Positions 18,457 through 29,643 of a stretch of DNA of 64,000 nucleotides are shown one piece after another; the first letter of the stretch is position 1; each line of letters starts with the position of its first letter. The DNA is taken from the NCBI GenBank assembly GCA_947085465.1, contig CAMTWQ010000047.1, positions 3,408-67,407 on the forward strand. Direction: 5' to 3'. Under the pieces are notes generated by a model. That model saw nothing but the letters and a program-made list of their open reading frames with translations. It was not told where the DNA came from and made no database searches. The translations under genes were made by a program, and so were the position numbers. The stretch comes from an uncultured Alphaproteobacteria bacterium. Lineage in GTDB: Bacteria > Pseudomonadota > Alphaproteobacteria > UBA11222.

Positions 18457-21171
18457 ATGAGCGAGTCCAAGGATGCCGATGATATGAAGCTTGGCGCGGC
18501 AAAGCGTCCGCTAGGCCTGAAAAAAACCGCTGGCGCTGGTCAGGTGCGGCAAAGCTTTTCGCATGGGCGCTCCAAAACTGTTGTCGTCGAGCTCAAGGTC
18601 AAACGCAAGCTGCCGCTTGCAACGCCTGCCAGCGCGCCAATAGCCGCAGCGCCCAAGGCTGAAATTAAGGCGCCAGCAACGGCTGCCACCCCCGCGATAA
18701 CGGCGCCAATTATTGCAACGCCCGCCGCCCCGCCAGTGACAGTTGTGCCTGAGGTTGTTGCAGAGCAGCCCGTAAAAAAGGCCGCTGCCGCAGTTGTTAA
18801 AATTGCGCCCCGGCCAAACGCCCAGCCTGCTCCTATTACGGAAACCACGGAAAGAAAAGCGCGGCCACGTGTTGAAAAAGGCCGTCAGGTGCTGCGCACA
18901 CTGACCGTGGAAGAACATGCGGCGCGCGAAAAGGCGCTCACCGAAGCGCGGGCCATGGCGCTTGAGCAAGCCCGCAAGTCAGAAATTGAAGCACGCAGGC
19001 TAGCGGAGATTGAAGCGCTGAAGCCGCCCGCGCCAGAAGTTGAAACAGAAGAAACGCCATCTGTAAGCAAGCCTATCGAACCTGACCTGGGCATTATTGT
19101 GCTGAGCGAGGAAGAGCTTGCCGAACGCGCGCGCGCAGCCGAACGGCGCAAAAAAGAAACCCCCAAAATAGAGGTCGTCGAGGAGGAAGAGGAAGCGGAC
19201 GACGATGTCAAAGGCGCGCGCGCCAAACGCAAACTTAGCGTTGCAAAAGCCCCGCCACGCGCCCGCGATGAGCCGCGCCGGCGCGCCGGCCGGCTGACCA
19301 TCCAGGTGGCGCTTGACGATGATCTTGGCGAACGGCAACGCTCGCTCGCATCGATCCGCCGCGCCCGCGAACGCGAACGTTATGCCGCCAAGGCTGGTTC
19401 GCGCGGCGCCATGATTGTGCGCGAAGTCATCATCCCCGAAGCGATTACCGTTACCGATCTCGCCAATCGCATGGCCGTTCGCGTTAATGAAGTTATCCGC
19501 ATTCTGCGCGCCATGGATGAACCCGCACTGCCAGAAACCATGCTGGACCCTGCGACTGCGCAGATTGTTGTTGAGGAATTGGGCCACACCGCCAAGCTGG
19601 TGGCCGAATCCGACGTTGAGATTGGCCTCGATTTCGGCGCCGACGCATCGCATGAATTGCAACCGCGCCCGCCTGTGGTCACCGTGATGGGCCATGTGGA
19701 TCATGGCAAAACTTCACTGCTTGACGCATTGCGCAAAACCGATGTGGTCGCCGGCGAAAAGGGCGGCATCACACAGCATATCGGCGCCTATCAGGTGGAA
19801 ACCGCCAGCGGGCAAAAAATAACATTCATCGATACGCCTGGCCACGAAGCGTTTACCGCGATGCGCGCGCGCGGCGCTGGCGTTACCGATATTGTAGTGC
19901 TGGTGGTGGCGGCCGATGACGGCGTAAAACCGCAGACAGTGGAGGCCATCCATCACGCCAAAGCGGCTGGCGCGCCGGTCATTGTGGCGATTAACAAAAT
20001 GGACAAACCGCAAGCCGACCCAACCCGGGTGCGCCAGGAATTGCTGCAACATGAAATATTTGTCGAAGAAATGGGCGGTGATGTGCTGACAGTCGAAGTG
20101 TCAGCGGTCAAGGGCACAAATCTCGATAAACTGATTGACGCTATTTTGCTGCAGGCGGAATTGATGGATTTGCGCGCCAATCCAAACCGGCCAGCCAATG
20201 GCATCGTCATCGAAGCCAGGCTGGACAAGGGCCGCGGCCCAGTGGCCACCATGCTGATCAAGGGCGGCACGTTAAGGCGCGGCGATATCGTCGTCGCGGG
20301 CGCGGAATCCGGCCGTGTGCGGGCGCTTACCGATGAACGCGGCGGCAGCCTGAATGAAGCGGGCCCCTCAACGCCTGTCGAGGTTTTGGGTCTGCAATCA
20401 GTGCCACAGGCGGGCGAAGATGTGATCGTTGTCAGCAGCGAAGCGCGGGCGCGCGAGGTAAGCGAATTCCGTCAGCGCAGACAAACCGCAGAGCGCACAA
20501 CATCCGCACCCGCCGGTTCGCTCGAAGACATGTTCGCGCAGTTGAAACGCAACGAAATCAAAGAGCTGCCTGTTGTTCTGAAGGCCGACGTGCAGGGTTC
20601 GCTTGAGGCGATCCAGGCGTCGCTCGAAAAACTCTCAACCAGCGAGGTGCGCGTGCGCATTCTGCTTGGCGGCGTTGGCGCGATTACTGAATCGGATGTG
20701 AGTCTGGCGCAAGCGTCGCGCGCTCCGGTGTTTGGATTTAATGTGCGCGCCAATCCGCAGGCTAAGCTTGAGGCGGAAAAGGCGCGAGTCGAAATTCGTT
20801 ATTACGGCATTATTTACGATCTGATCGACGATATTAAACGCACCATGTCGGGAATGCTGGCGCCTGAGCGGCGCGAAACCATGCTTGGCAACGCACGGGT
20901 GCTTGAGGTGTTCAAAGTGTCGAAGATGGGCAAGGCGGCGGGCGGCCTGGTCACCGACGGCGTTGTGCGGCGCGGCGCGGGCGTGCGCGTCATTCGCGAC
21001 AATGTGGTGCTGCATGACGGGTCGCTGTCCAGCCTTCGCCGCTTCAAGGACGAAGTGCGCGAAGTTCAGGCCGGCACGGAATGCGGCATGGCGTTTGAGA
21101 ATTTCCAGGACCTTCGCGTTGGCGATATCATCGAATGCTTCGAGGTTGAGCATATCGCGCGTACGCTGTAG
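18457..21171 (+). CDS. infB: translation initiation factor IF-2
   Basis: 904 aa. G-domain [17 protein letters not shown] ... DTPGHEAF ... NKMD; N-terminal Ala/Pro/Glu-rich region. Confidence 0.95.
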   Translation: MSESKDADDMKLGAAKRPLGLKKTAGAGQVRQSFSHGRSKTVVVELKVKRKLPLATPASAPIAAAPKAEIKAPATAATPAITAPIIATPAAPPVTVVPEVVAEQPVKKAAAAVVKIAPRPNAQPAPITETTERKARPRVEKGRQVLRTLTVEEHAAREKALTEARAMALEQARKSEIEARRLAEIEALKPPAPEVETEETPSVSKPIEPDLGIIVLSEEELAERARAAERRKKETPKIEVVEEEEEADDDVKGARAKRKLSVAKAPPRARDEPRRRAGRLTIQVALDDDLGERQRSLASIRRARERERYAAKAGSRGAMIVREVIIPEAITVTDLANRMAVRVNEVIRILRAMDEPALPETMLDPATAQIVVEELGHTAKLVAESDVEIGLDFGADASHELQPRPPVVTVMGHVDHGKTSLLDALRKTDVVAGEKGGITQHIGAYQVETASGQKITFIDTPGHEAFTAMRARGAGVTDIVVLVVAADDGVKPQTVEAIHHAKAAGAPVIVAINKMDKPQADPTRVRQELLQHEIFVEEMGGDVLTVEVSAVKGTNLDKLIDAILLQAELMDLRANPNRPANGIVIEARLDKGRGPVATMLIKGGTLRRGDIVVAGAESGRVRALTDERGGSLNEAGPSTPVEVLGLQSVPQAGEDVIVVSSEARAREVSEFRQRRQTAERTTSAPAGSLEDMFAQLKRNEIKELPVVLKADVQGSLEAIQASLEKLSTSEVRVRILLGGVGAITESDVSLAQASRAPVFGFNVRANPQAKLEAEKARVEIRYYGIIYDLIDDIKRTMSGMLAPERRETMLGNARVLEVFKVSKMGKAAGGLVTDGVVRRGAGVRVIRDNVVLHDGSLSSLRRFKDEVREVQAGTECGMAFENFQDLRVGDIIECFEVEHIARTL

Positions 21172-21198
21172 CAGGGTGCGTTTAATTGCAGAATTGAA

Positions 21199-21468
21199 CT
21201 AACCGAAAAGATCAGAATGCGATCCCGTCCGGTATAGGCGGATTTCAGTTTCGGTCACATCGTAAATCAAAAGCCAATCAGACTCGATATGGCATTCCCA
21301 AAGCCCCGCATAGTTGCCAGAAAGCTTGTGCGGCCTGCACCGCAGGGGTAACGGCTTGTCTTCTAAAAGAAGGTCAAGAATAGTCTGAAATTTCTTCATC
21401 GCCTTGTCGCGTTTCGCTGCGCGCTTAAAATCCCTGCGAAATGAGTTGGCGGCGAAGGCTGTTTTCAC
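21199..21468 (-). CDS. yafQ: type II toxin YafQ (RelE/ParE superfamily mRNA interferase)
   Basis: HIESDWLLIYDVTETEIRLYRTGSHSDLFG closely parallels the E. coli YafQ C-terminus. Overlaps the dinJ stop by 4 nt. Confidence 0.8.
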   Translation of the reverse strand: MKTAFAANSFRRDFKRAAKRDKAMKKFQTILDLLLEDKPLPLRCRPHKLSGNYAGLWECHIESDWLLIYDVTETEIRLYRTGSHSDLFG

Positions 21469-21719
21469 TTCAGCAAATCGTCCATCAGATGCTGCGATGT
21501 CTTATATCGCTTGCCTTTGCCTTCCTTGACCTCTTTAATCGCGCGGCGCGTGGCCTTGTTGGGCATGCGCACATCAAACGGTAGGCCCTTGTTCAAAACC
21601 ACCTGACTTAAAAAAATCGATATCGCATCCGTGGTATTCATGCCGAGAGTGCGAAATATTTTTTCGGCGGTGGCCTTTAGTGCCGGTTCAACGCGGACGT
21701 TGACGACTTTTGTCTTCAT
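21465..21719 (-). CDS. dinJ: antitoxin DinJ (RelB/DinJ family)
   Basis: MKTKVVNVRVEPALKATAEKIFRTLGMNTTDAISIFLSQVVLNKGLPFDVRMPN resembles DinJ. Start at the internal ATG at 21719. Confidence 0.8.
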   Translation of the reverse strand: MKTKVVNVRVEPALKATAEKIFRTLGMNTTDAISIFLSQVVLNKGLPFDVRMPNKATRRAIKEVKEGKGKRYKTSQHLMDDLLK

Positions 21720-21911
21720 GGGGATTGGTTCTTTCGGCTTCACGTATTACGATAGATACACATTGTAACACAACAGAAAGCTAAAATCAACCGGTTGCTT
21801 AAGGGCCACTTGCCAATATCGCCCCAGACGGCGTATCTAACCGCCACGCTCTGGTTGCCAGGCGAAGCAAGTTCCGCCGTAACCCAAATCAACATCTGGT
21901 AGCATTGCATT

Positions 21912-22355
21912 ATGCCGACATCACGTAAATCAGGCCCGTCCGGTCGCGGCGCGCATCGCGGGCCTTCGCAACGTCAATTGCGGGTGGGCGAGGTGATCCG
22001 CCATTCACTGAGCGATATTCTGGCGCGTGGCGATGTGCAGGATCCGGGGCTCACCGGCCGCTCAATCACCATCACCGAGGCGCAAATCACAGGCGATCTC
22101 AAACATGGCGTAATTTACGTGACGCCACTGGCGACGAGTGCGGCGGAGTCAAAATTAGTGGTCGAAGCGCTTAACCGGTGTGCGCCGTATTTGCGCGGCC
22201 AACTCAGCCATATGATCGAAATTCGCCACACACCGATGCTGAAATTTGTTCTCGACGAGCGTTTCGATGCGGCCGATGCGCTGGACAGACTGTTGCGCGA
22301 TCCGCGCGTGGCCCAGGATTTGGCGCCAACCAAACAACGCGACGGGAATGTGTAA
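21912..22355 (+). CDS. rbfA: ribosome-binding factor A
   Basis: RVGEVIRHSLSDILARGDVQDPGL ... VTPLATSAAESKLVVEALN. Its stop overlaps the truB start as TAATG. Confidence 0.9.
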   Translation: MPTSRKSGPSGRGAHRGPSQRQLRVGEVIRHSLSDILARGDVQDPGLTGRSITITEAQITGDLKHGVIYVTPLATSAAESKLVVEALNRCAPYLRGQLSHMIEIRHTPMLKFVLDERFDAADALDRLLRDPRVAQDLAPTKQRDGNV

Positions 22356-23302
22356 TGGCCCGGCGCGGTAAATCGGGCAAGCCCATCAATGGCTGGGTCT
22401 GTATCGATAAGCCTGTAGGCGTTACGTCAACCCAGGTCGTGGGCAAGGTCAGATACGCCTTCGATGCGCAAAAAGCCGGCCATGCGGGAACCCTTGATCC
22501 GCTGGCCAGCGGCATCCTGGCGATAGCGCTGGGCGAGGCGACCAAGACCATTCCCTATGCGGTCGATTCGAAGAAAACCTATCGATTTGCAGTTCGCTGG
22601 GGCGAGCAGCGCAATACCGATGATGATGAGGGCGTGGCTATTGCAACCAGCGATGTGCGCCCGGATGCGACCGCCATCCGCGCCGCGCTGCCAGGCTTTA
22701 CCGGCGTCATTCAACAAACGCCGCCGCAATTTTCCGCCATTAAGCTTAACGGCGCCCGCGCCTATGATCTGGCCCGCCAGGGCGAGACCCTGGTCATTGC
22801 AGCACGCCCGGTAGAAATCATGCAGTTAAGCCTACTGGACGCCTCTGACCCGGATTGCGCCATTTTCGAGATGGTCTGCGGTAAAGGGGCCTATGTGCGC
22901 GCCATCGCCAGGGATTTGGGGCTGCGGCTTGGAAGCTATGGCTTCGCCAGGAATATCCGCCGCCTGAGCGCTGGCCCGTTTAACGAGGCCAACGCGATTT
23001 CACTGGATAAACTGCTGCAACTGGTTCATAACCCGTCACTGTCGGAGCACCTGCTTCCGGTTGAGACCCCGCTGGACGACATCCCGGCGATGGCCATTTC
23101 CGGAGCCGATGCAGCCCGCCTAAGACGCGGACAGTCCATATTGGCCCTAAATCCGCCAATATGCGCGGCCCAAGCCGTCATCTGCGCCAAGTCCGGTGGA
23201 AAGCCCATCGCCCTTGGCCATGTGGAGGCGGGGGAATTCCGGGCAGTACGTATCTTCAACATGCCAATGGGAGTAACAAAAGCCGATGTCGATTTCGCCT
23301 GA
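22355..23302 (+). CDS. truB: tRNA pseudouridine(55) synthase
   Basis: [17 protein letters not shown]...[13 protein letters not shown] motif with the catalytic Asp. Internal ATG start at 22355; the ORF track extension back to 22178 overlaps rbfA in another frame and is rejected. Confidence 0.9.
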   Translation: MARRGKSGKPINGWVCIDKPVGVTSTQVVGKVRYAFDAQKAGHAGTLDPLASGILAIALGEATKTIPYAVDSKKTYRFAVRWGEQRNTDDDEGVAIATSDVRPDATAIRAALPGFTGVIQQTPPQFSAIKLNGARAYDLARQGETLVIAARPVEIMQLSLLDASDPDCAIFEMVCGKGAYVRAIARDLGLRLGSYGFARNIRRLSAGPFNEANAISLDKLLQLVHNPSLSEHLLPVETPLDDIPAMAISGADAARLRRGQSILALNPPICAAQAVICAKSGGKPIALGHVEAGEFRAVRIFNMPMGVTKADVDFA

Positions 23303-23555
23303 ACGTAAACAGGAAGTAATCAAGCAATTCGCCCGCTCCGGCGCCGATACGGGTTCGCCGGAGATTCAGGTGGCGGTGCTGACCGAACGGATCAACAATC
23401 TGACCGGGCACTTTAAGGACCATAAGCACGATAATCACTCGCGCCGCGGCCTGATCAAGATGGTGAGCCTGCGCCGGAAATTGCTCGACTATATGAAGAG
23501 CAAGAATCACGCAAAGTATGCGGCTTTGATCCAGCAACTGGGTATCCGCCGGTAA
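23286..23555 (+). CDS. rpsO: 30S ribosomal protein S15
   Basis: 89 aa; [57 protein letters not shown]. Confidence 0.95.
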   Translation: MSISPERKQEVIKQFARSGADTGSPEIQVAVLTERINNLTGHFKDHKHDNHSRRGLIKMVSLRRKLLDYMKSKNHAKYAALIQQLGIRR

Positions 23556-23577
23556 TATGCTATCCCGTAAAAATAAA

Positions 23578-23611
23578 CAGCGCCAGTTTCAGGATGTATC
23601 CTGCTGGCGCT
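23578..23611 (+). terminator. stable stem-loop in the rpsO-pnp intergenic region (candidate rpsO terminator / RNase III-processed pnp leader hairpin)
   Basis: cagcgccag-tttcaggat-gt-atcctg-ctggcgct forms a near-perfect extended hairpin with no U-run. By analogy with the E. coli rpsO-pnp leader (established knowledge). Confidence 0.35.
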
Positions 23612-23698
23612 ATGAGTGCTGGTTAAATCCTGCGGCATAATGCCGCTCACGCGCCTGCCAGGGGGTGGGCCGCGTTACGCTGACGATGAGGATGAAAA

Positions 23699-25873
23699 AT
23701 GTTCGAAATTCACCGTAAAGAAATCATGTGGGGCGGGCGTCCGCTCAGCTTTGAGACCGGCAGAATGGCGCGCCAGGCCGATGGCGCGGTGCTCGTGCAA
23801 TATGAACAAACCACCGTGCTGGCCACTGTGGTCGCCGCGCGCCAGCCGCGCGCCGGCATTGATTTCTTTCCACTGACTGTTGACTATGTGGAGCGCACCT
23901 ATGCGGCGGGCAAAATTCCCGGCGGCTTTTTCAAGCGCGAAGGACGCCCGAACGAAAAAGAAATTCTAACTTCACGGCTGATCGACCGGCCCATCCGGCC
24001 GCTGTTCGTGGATGGGTTCCGCAATGAAACCCAGGTCATCTGCACAGTGCTTAGCCATGACCTTGAAAATGATCCTGACATTGTGGCGCTGATCGCTGCG
24101 AGTGCGGCGCTCACGCTTTCCGGCATCCCGTTCATGGGGCCGATTGGCGCCTGCTGCGTCGGCTATAAGGATGGCGGCTATGTGCTCAACCCGCTGATTG
24201 AAACCATCAAGGAAAGCGGTCTTGATCTTGTGGTGGCAGGCACCAAAGACGCCGTTCTGATGGTGGAATCCGAAGCCAAGGAATTGTCCGAGGATGTCAT
24301 GCTTGGCGCAGTGATGTTCGGCCATCGCGAAATGCAGACGGTGATTGACGCCATCATCGGCCTGGCGGAAAAATGCGCCAAGGAACCGTGGAATATTCAA
24401 CGGCCGGATCACAGCAGCATCGGTGCCAAGGTGCGCGAGCTGGGCGAAGACCTGCTGCGTGGCGCATATGGCGAAATGATCAAGCTGATCCGTCAGGAAA
24501 AGGTCCAGACGGTGAAGAAAAAGATCATGGCTGGGTTGGAGGAAATTGGCCTGCATCTTGATCCGGGCGCGGGTGAGATGTTTAAGGAGCTGGAAAAAAA
24601 CATCGTCCGCAATAACATCCTTGATACGCACAAGCGCATCGATGCGCGCGGACTTGCCGATGTGCGCCCGATTGTGGCCGAGGTCGGCGTATTGCCGCGC
24701 ACCCATGGCGCGGCGCTGTTCACGCGCGGCGAAACCCAGGCGCTGGTTATTGCCACCCTTGGCACCGGCGAGGATGAGCAATGGATCGACGCCCTACAAG
24801 GCTCATACAAGGAGCGGTTCCTGCTGCATTATAACTTTCCGCCCTATTCGGTGGGCGAAACCGGTCGCTTTGGCTTTACCGGGCGGCGCGAAACCGGCCA
24901 TGGCAAGCTGGCGTGGCGCGCCATCCGCGCCGTGCTGCCCAAATATGAGGATTTTCCCTACACCATCCGCGTCGTGTCCGAGATCACCGAATCCAATGGC
25001 TCGTCGTCCATGGCCACCGTATGCGGCGCGTCACTGTCATTGATGGATGCGGGCGTGCCGATTACGCGCCCGGTGGCGGGCATCGCCATGGGGCTTATCA
25101 AGGAAGGCGATCGCTTTGCGGTGCTCTCCGACATTCTTGGCGATGAAGACCATCTGGGCGATATGGACTTCAAGGTCGCCGGCACCAGTGTGGGCGTCAC
25201 CTCTTTGCAGATGGACATCAAGATCACCGGCATCACCGAAGAAATCATGCGCGTCGCGCTGGATCAGGCCAAGGGCGGGCGCATGCACATTCTGGGTGAG
25301 ATGGCGAAGGCGCTGACCCAGTCACGCGGCAATCTGAACGCCAACGCGCCGCGCATCACCACCATCACCATTCCGGTGGAAAAAATCCGCGAAGTGATCG
25401 GTTCCGGCGGCAAGGTGATCCAGGGCATCGTTGCTGAATCCGGCGCCAAAGTCGACATCAACGATGAAGGCATTATCAAGATCGCTTCGCCCGATGAGGA
25501 AAGCGTGAAAAAGGCGCTGGCGTTGATTAATGAAATTGTCGCCGAAGCCGAGCCGGGCGGGATTTACCAGGGCAGCGTCGTCAAGGTCGTCGATTTTGGC
25601 GCGTTCGTCAATTTCATCGGCAAAAAGGACGGGCTGGTGCATGTATCGGAAATGGCCGAAGAACGGGTGGAAAAAGTTTCCGACAAGGTCAAGGAAGGCG
25701 ACACTGTCTGGGTAAAATACCTGGGTTCAGACGAGCGTGGCAAAACGCGGCTTTCCATGCGCTACGTCAACCAGGAAACCGGCGAGGAAATTCCGGGCGT
25801 CGTGGCGCGTGAGCGCACCGGCGGCGGCGGTGGCGGCGGTGGCAGAGACCGCCGTCCGCCCAGACGCAATTAG
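23699..25873 (+). CDS. pnp: polyribonucleotide nucleotidyltransferase (PNPase)
   Basis: 724 aa: two RNase PH domains plus KH and S1 domains, with a C-terminal Gly-rich tail. Confidence 0.95.
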   Translation: MFEIHRKEIMWGGRPLSFETGRMARQADGAVLVQYEQTTVLATVVAARQPRAGIDFFPLTVDYVERTYAAGKIPGGFFKREGRPNEKEILTSRLIDRPIRPLFVDGFRNETQVICTVLSHDLENDPDIVALIAASAALTLSGIPFMGPIGACCVGYKDGGYVLNPLIETIKESGLDLVVAGTKDAVLMVESEAKELSEDVMLGAVMFGHREMQTVIDAIIGLAEKCAKEPWNIQRPDHSSIGAKVRELGEDLLRGAYGEMIKLIRQEKVQTVKKKIMAGLEEIGLHLDPGAGEMFKELEKNIVRNNILDTHKRIDARGLADVRPIVAEVGVLPRTHGAALFTRGETQALVIATLGTGEDEQWIDALQGSYKERFLLHYNFPPYSVGETGRFGFTGRRETGHGKLAWRAIRAVLPKYEDFPYTIRVVSEITESNGSSSMATVCGASLSLMDAGVPITRPVAGIAMGLIKEGDRFAVLSDILGDEDHLGDMDFKVAGTSVGVTSLQMDIKITGITEEIMRVALDQAKGGRMHILGEMAKALTQSRGNLNANAPRITTITIPVEKIREVIGSGGKVIQGIVAESGAKVDINDEGIIKIASPDEESVKKALALINEIVAEAEPGGIYQGSVVKVVDFGAFVNFIGKKDGLVHVSEMAEERVEKVSDKVKEGDTVWVKYLGSDERGKTRLSMRYVNQETGEEIPGVVARERTGGGGGGGGRDRRPPRRN

Positions 25874-25874
25874 A

Positions 25875-25913
25875 GCGTGGGGCGATTAGCTAGAATCGCC
25901 CCACGCATTTTGT
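25875..25913 (+). terminator. Rho-independent terminator after pnp (convergent with clpB)
   Basis: GCGTGGGGCGATT-agctag-AATCGCCCCACGC hairpin followed by ATTTTGT. Confidence 0.6.
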
Positions 25914-25938
25914 CACCGGGTTTGTCCTCGCGCCGGTA

Positions 25939-28533
25939 TTACGCCGCCGCCTGCATCTCCTGGCCATTGATGATCAGGCCGTTTTCGCCAACGCCGATGC
26001 GCACCACTTCACCATCATTAATGGCGCCCGCCAGTAATTGCTCCGCCAGCGGATTGGCAAGCGCGCGCTGGATCACCCGCTTCAGGGGCCTGGCGCCATA
26101 CACCGGATCATAGCCCGCATCGGCAAGCCAGGTGCGCGCCGCGTCATCAAGCTCTAGAGTGATTTTGCGCGCCTCCAGCAGGCCCAGCAGGCTGCGCATT
26201 TGAATCTCGACGATGCCATCCATCTGCGCCCGGGTCAGACGATTAAACAGGATGATTTCGTCAAGCCGGTTGAGGAACTCGGGCCGGAAATTTTCCCGCA
26301 CCACGCTCATCACCTGCGCCCGCGCGCTTTCCGCCGGCTCGCCGTCTTTCAGCGCCGCCAGATATTCCGATCCCATATTCGAGGTCAGAATAATGATGGT
26401 GTTTTTGAAATCCACCGTGCGGCCCTGGCCATCGGTCAGGCGGCCATCGTCCAGCACCTGTAACAGAATGTTAAACACATCGGGATGCGCCTTCTCCACC
26501 TCGTCGAACAGCAGCACCTGATAGGGCCGCCGCCGCACCGCTTCGGTCAGCGCGCCGCCCTCATCATAGCCAACATAGCCGGGAGGCGCGCCGATCATCC
26601 GCGCCACCGAATGCTTTTCCATATATTCCGACATATCCAGGCGCAGGATTGCGTTTTCATCATCAAACAGAAATTGCGCCAGGGTCTTTGTCAGCTCGGT
26701 TTTGCCCACACCGGTTGGGCCAAGGAACAGAAACGAGCCAATCGGCCGGCGCGGATCTTGCAACCCGGCGCGCGCGCGCCGCACCGCGTTCGCCACCGCG
26801 CGCAGCGCCTCATCCTGGCCCAACACCCGCTCGCGCAATTTGGTTTCCATCGCCAGCAGCTTGCCGCGTTCACCCGCCAGCATCTTGTCAACCGGGATTC
26901 CGGTCCAGCGTGACACGATGCCCGCAATATGCGCCTCGGTCACCGCTTCTTCCAGCGCGTGCCGCTCGCCCGCCTCTTCGGCGGCTTTCAGTTTGCTTTC
27001 CAGGCCGGGAATAACGCCGTATGCAATCTCGCCGGCGCGCGCCAGATTGCCTGTGCGCTGCGCCTGGGCGAGGTCGCTGCGCGCCTGTTCGAGCTGTTCC
27101 TTTAGTTTTTGCGCGCCTGCAAGCTGATCTTTTTCAGATTGCCATTGCGCGGTCAGCTCCGCCGATTGCTGTTCAAGTTCCGATAATTCTTTTTCCAGCT
27201 TGCCAAGCCGGTCGATGGAGGCCGCGTCGGTTTCCTTGCGCAGCGCTTCGCGTTCGATCTTCAATTGCAGAATGCGCCGGTCAAGTTCATCCAGCGCCTC
27301 GGGCTTGGAATCAATTTCCATGCGCAAGCGGCTGGCCGCTTCATCGACCAAATCAATCGCTTTGTCGGGCAGAAACCGGTCAGAAATATACCGGTTCGAT
27401 AATGCAGCCGCCGACACAATCGCCGCATCACTGATGCGCACGCCGTGATGCAGTTCGTATTTTTCCTTTAAGCCGCGCAGGATCGACACCGTATCTTCAA
27501 CTGTCGGTTCGCTGACAAACACCGGCTGAAAACGCCGCGCCAGGGCCGCATCTTTTTCCACATGCTTGCGGTATTCATTCAAGGTCGTGGCGCCGATACA
27601 ATGCAGTTCACCACGCGCCAAGGCGGGCTTAAGCAGGTTCGATGCGTCCATCGAGCCTTCCGCCGCACCGGCGCCAACAATCGTGTGCATCTCATCAATG
27701 AACAGAATCACTTCGCCATTTGCCGCCGTTACTTCCTGCAACACCGCCTTCAGCCGCTCTTCGAACTCGCCGCGATATTTAGCGCCCGCGATCAGCGCAC
27801 CCATATCAAGCGCCATCAGCGCCTTGTTTTTCAAACTTTCCGGCACATCGCCATTAATGATGCGCAGCGCCAATCCCTCGGCAATGGCGGTTTTGCCCAC
27901 GCCCGGTTCGCCAATCAGAACGGGGTTGTTTTTGGTGCGGCGCGACAGAACCTGAATCGTTCTGCGGATTTCTTCATCCCGGCCGATCACCGGATCAAGC
28001 TTGCCCTCACGCGCCGCCGCCGTCAGGTCACGGGCGTATTTTTTCAGCGCGTCAAAGGTTTCCTCGGCCGTCGCCGTATCGGCGGTGCGGCCTTTGCGCA
28101 ATTCATTAATCACGCGATTGAGGTTCTCGGGCGTGACGCCGGCAAGTTCCAGAACCCGCGCCGCCTCGCTTCCCTTAGCGAGCGCTACGGCAAGCAACAG
28201 CCGCTCAGCCGTAACAAAGGCGTCGCCCGCTTTTTTGGATAAATCTTCGGCTTGCTCAAATAGCTTTACCAGTGGCTGGCTAAGATGCAGTTGGCCCGCG
28301 CCCGGCCCGCTTGCCGACGCCATTTTCGCCAGCGCCTGTTCAACGCCGCGTTTCGCCTGATCTGGATCGCCGCCAGCTTTGCGAATTAAATTCGCCGCCA
28401 GCCCGTCCCCGTCATCAAGCAGCACTTTCAGAATATGTTCAGGGGTATATTGCCCGTGGCCGCTACGGCTGGCCAGGGTTTGGCCCGCTTGAATCAAACT
28501 GCGCGAGCGTTCGGTATATTTCTCAAATTGCAT
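25939..28533 (-). CDS. clpB: ATP-dependent chaperone ClpB
   Basis: Two AAA+ modules (GEPGVGKT; [12 protein letters not shown]) separated by a long coiled-coil middle domain. Start at the ATG at 28533 ([10 protein letters not shown]) with a ggaggtg RBS. Confidence 0.95.
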   Translation of the reverse strand: MQFEKYTERSRSLIQAGQTLASRSGHGQYTPEHILKVLLDDGDGLAANLIRKAGGDPDQAKRGVEQALAKMASASGPGAGQLHLSQPLVKLFEQAEDLSKKAGDAFVTAERLLLAVALAKGSEAARVLELAGVTPENLNRVINELRKGRTADTATAEETFDALKKYARDLTAAAREGKLDPVIGRDEEIRRTIQVLSRRTKNNPVLIGEPGVGKTAIAEGLALRIINGDVPESLKNKALMALDMGALIAGAKYRGEFEERLKAVLQEVTAANGEVILFIDEMHTIVGAGAAEGSMDASNLLKPALARGELHCIGATTLNEYRKHVEKDAALARRFQPVFVSEPTVEDTVSILRGLKEKYELHHGVRISDAAIVSAAALSNRYISDRFLPDKAIDLVDEAASRLRMEIDSKPEALDELDRRILQLKIEREALRKETDAASIDRLGKLEKELSELEQQSAELTAQWQSEKDQLAGAQKLKEQLEQARSDLAQAQRTGNLARAGEIAYGVIPGLESKLKAAEEAGERHALEEAVTEAHIAGIVSRWTGIPVDKMLAGERGKLLAMETKLRERVLGQDEALRAVANAVRRARAGLQDPRRPIGSFLFLGPTGVGKTELTKTLAQFLFDDENAILRLDMSEYMEKHSVARMIGAPPGYVGYDEGGALTEAVRRRPYQVLLFDEVEKAHPDVFNILLQVLDDGRLTDGQGRTVDFKNTIIILTSNMGSEYLAALKDGEPAESARAQVMSVVRENFRPEFLNRLDEIILFNRLTRAQMDGIVEIQMRSLLGLLEARKITLELDDAARTWLADAGYDPVYGARPLKRVIQRALANPLAEQLLAGAINDGEVVRIGVGENGLIINGQEMQAAA

Positions 28534-28584
28534 CTGACACCTCCCAAGCGCGTCCACCGCCTGCTAGTCCACGCAGACAAAGGC

Positions 28585-28625
28585 AGCACATATGCGCCTG
28601 CCCAGAACGCCTTATTTCAACAACG
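28585..28625 (-). promoter_or_regulatory. candidate sigma-32 (RpoH) heat-shock promoter upstream of clpB
   Basis: Minus strand reads TTGAAA-N20-GCGCATATGT, resembling the alphaproteobacterial RpoH consensus CTTG-N17-CYTATNT. Spacing is imperfect. Confidence 0.25.
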
Positions 28626-28843
28626 GTGTTGCAGCCTTCATAAGAAGCACTGCAACGGTCAGGAAATTATGTGGGAGCGGCGCAACGCCTATGCAAGAGG
28701 GGAACTCGAATAAGCGCCATTTCAGCCATAGCCCGGCACATATATGAGCCAGACCATATTGGGATCACACGCAGCGCCAGAGGCCATGCAGCCTGATCCG
28801 TAAAACAGGGTCTATTTAATAATTTAGCGCCCCGCCGGTCAGA

Positions 28844-29296
28844 TTAGAATTCGGACAACTCGCCAGCACCCTGACCGGCTGCTCTCTCGGACATTTCAAC
28901 TGCGCCCTCTTGGTTCTGATTCGAGGCGGTTTCGTCAAACTGACCGTTAGCATGCCTGGTCCCATTGACGGCGTCCCGGGCGGCCTGCTGTAGCGCATTG
29001 GCGGCCAGAACACGGAAATAATGCTCCGCGTGTTGAAGATAGTTTTCGGCGCCAACATAGTCACCCGAAGACAACGCGTCGCGCGCCAGGTTCTGGTATT
29101 TCTCATAAATATGCGACACGGTGCCACGAATTTTTATATCTGGGCCGTTACTATCGAGGGTGCGGTTGGGATTGCCGCCGCCATTACGGCCGCCGCCCAA
29201 TCCGCTACTCATGCCGCCGCCAAGACCACCCCCGCCGCTATGCGGCTTACGGCCGCGACCGCGTGAGCGCTTTGGATTGTTCTGTACTGGTCTCAT
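28844..29296 (-). CDS. DUF4167 domain protein (Gly/Arg-rich N-terminus)
   Basis: RSRGRGRKPHSGGGG...GTVSHIYEKYQNLARDALSSGDYVGAENYLQHAEHYFR pattern; family assigned from memory. Confidence 0.6.
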   Translation of the reverse strand: MRPVQNNPKRSRGRGRKPHSGGGGLGGGMSSGLGGGRNGGGNPNRTLDSNGPDIKIRGTVSHIYEKYQNLARDALSSGDYVGAENYLQHAEHYFRVLAANALQQAARDAVNGTRHANGQFDETASNQNQEGAVEMSERAAGQGAGELSEF

Positions 29297-29643
29297 GAGC
29301 CACTAATCCCCCGCCGTAAGTGCAACATATATTCATGCATCAACAAGCACCTCCCCGGCCCAAAGCCGGTCAAATGGATTTTCAAACAGGTCAGCTTCTA
29401 ATTCAGCACCATTTCCTCAGATGAAACGATCACCGAAGATGCAGACATAGTACACAGCGCCTGCATACCGCCTCATGCCCGCCAAGCTCATTTTCAGTTC
29501 GCCCCGGCGCGGCGATACCGGCTCAGCACTAGCAATGGGTGACCGCGAGAGCATTTGAATCTCAATCGCTGAAGCGACACTAGCTGATTCCATCCGGTTT
29601 TCCAACTGTTTTTTGAGGCCCCGCACCATATTACCGGGCCATA

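Noticed and set aside
22178-22354. N-terminal extensions in the ORF track for truB, ybeY (9836), the HTH regulator (12907), efp (46459), comF (43490), ACAD-B (61256), asnB (56260) and the OmpA-like gene (47897)
   Set aside because: The extensions overlap upstream genes or repeats and lack family-conserved N-termini. Internal ATG/GTG starts align with the conserved N-termini of each family and with RBS-like sequences.
29417-29629. 70-aa minus-strand ORF between the DUF4167 gene and prmC
   Set aside because: No domain signature and low coding quality. The 340-bp spacer is more likely an untranslated promoter/leader region.
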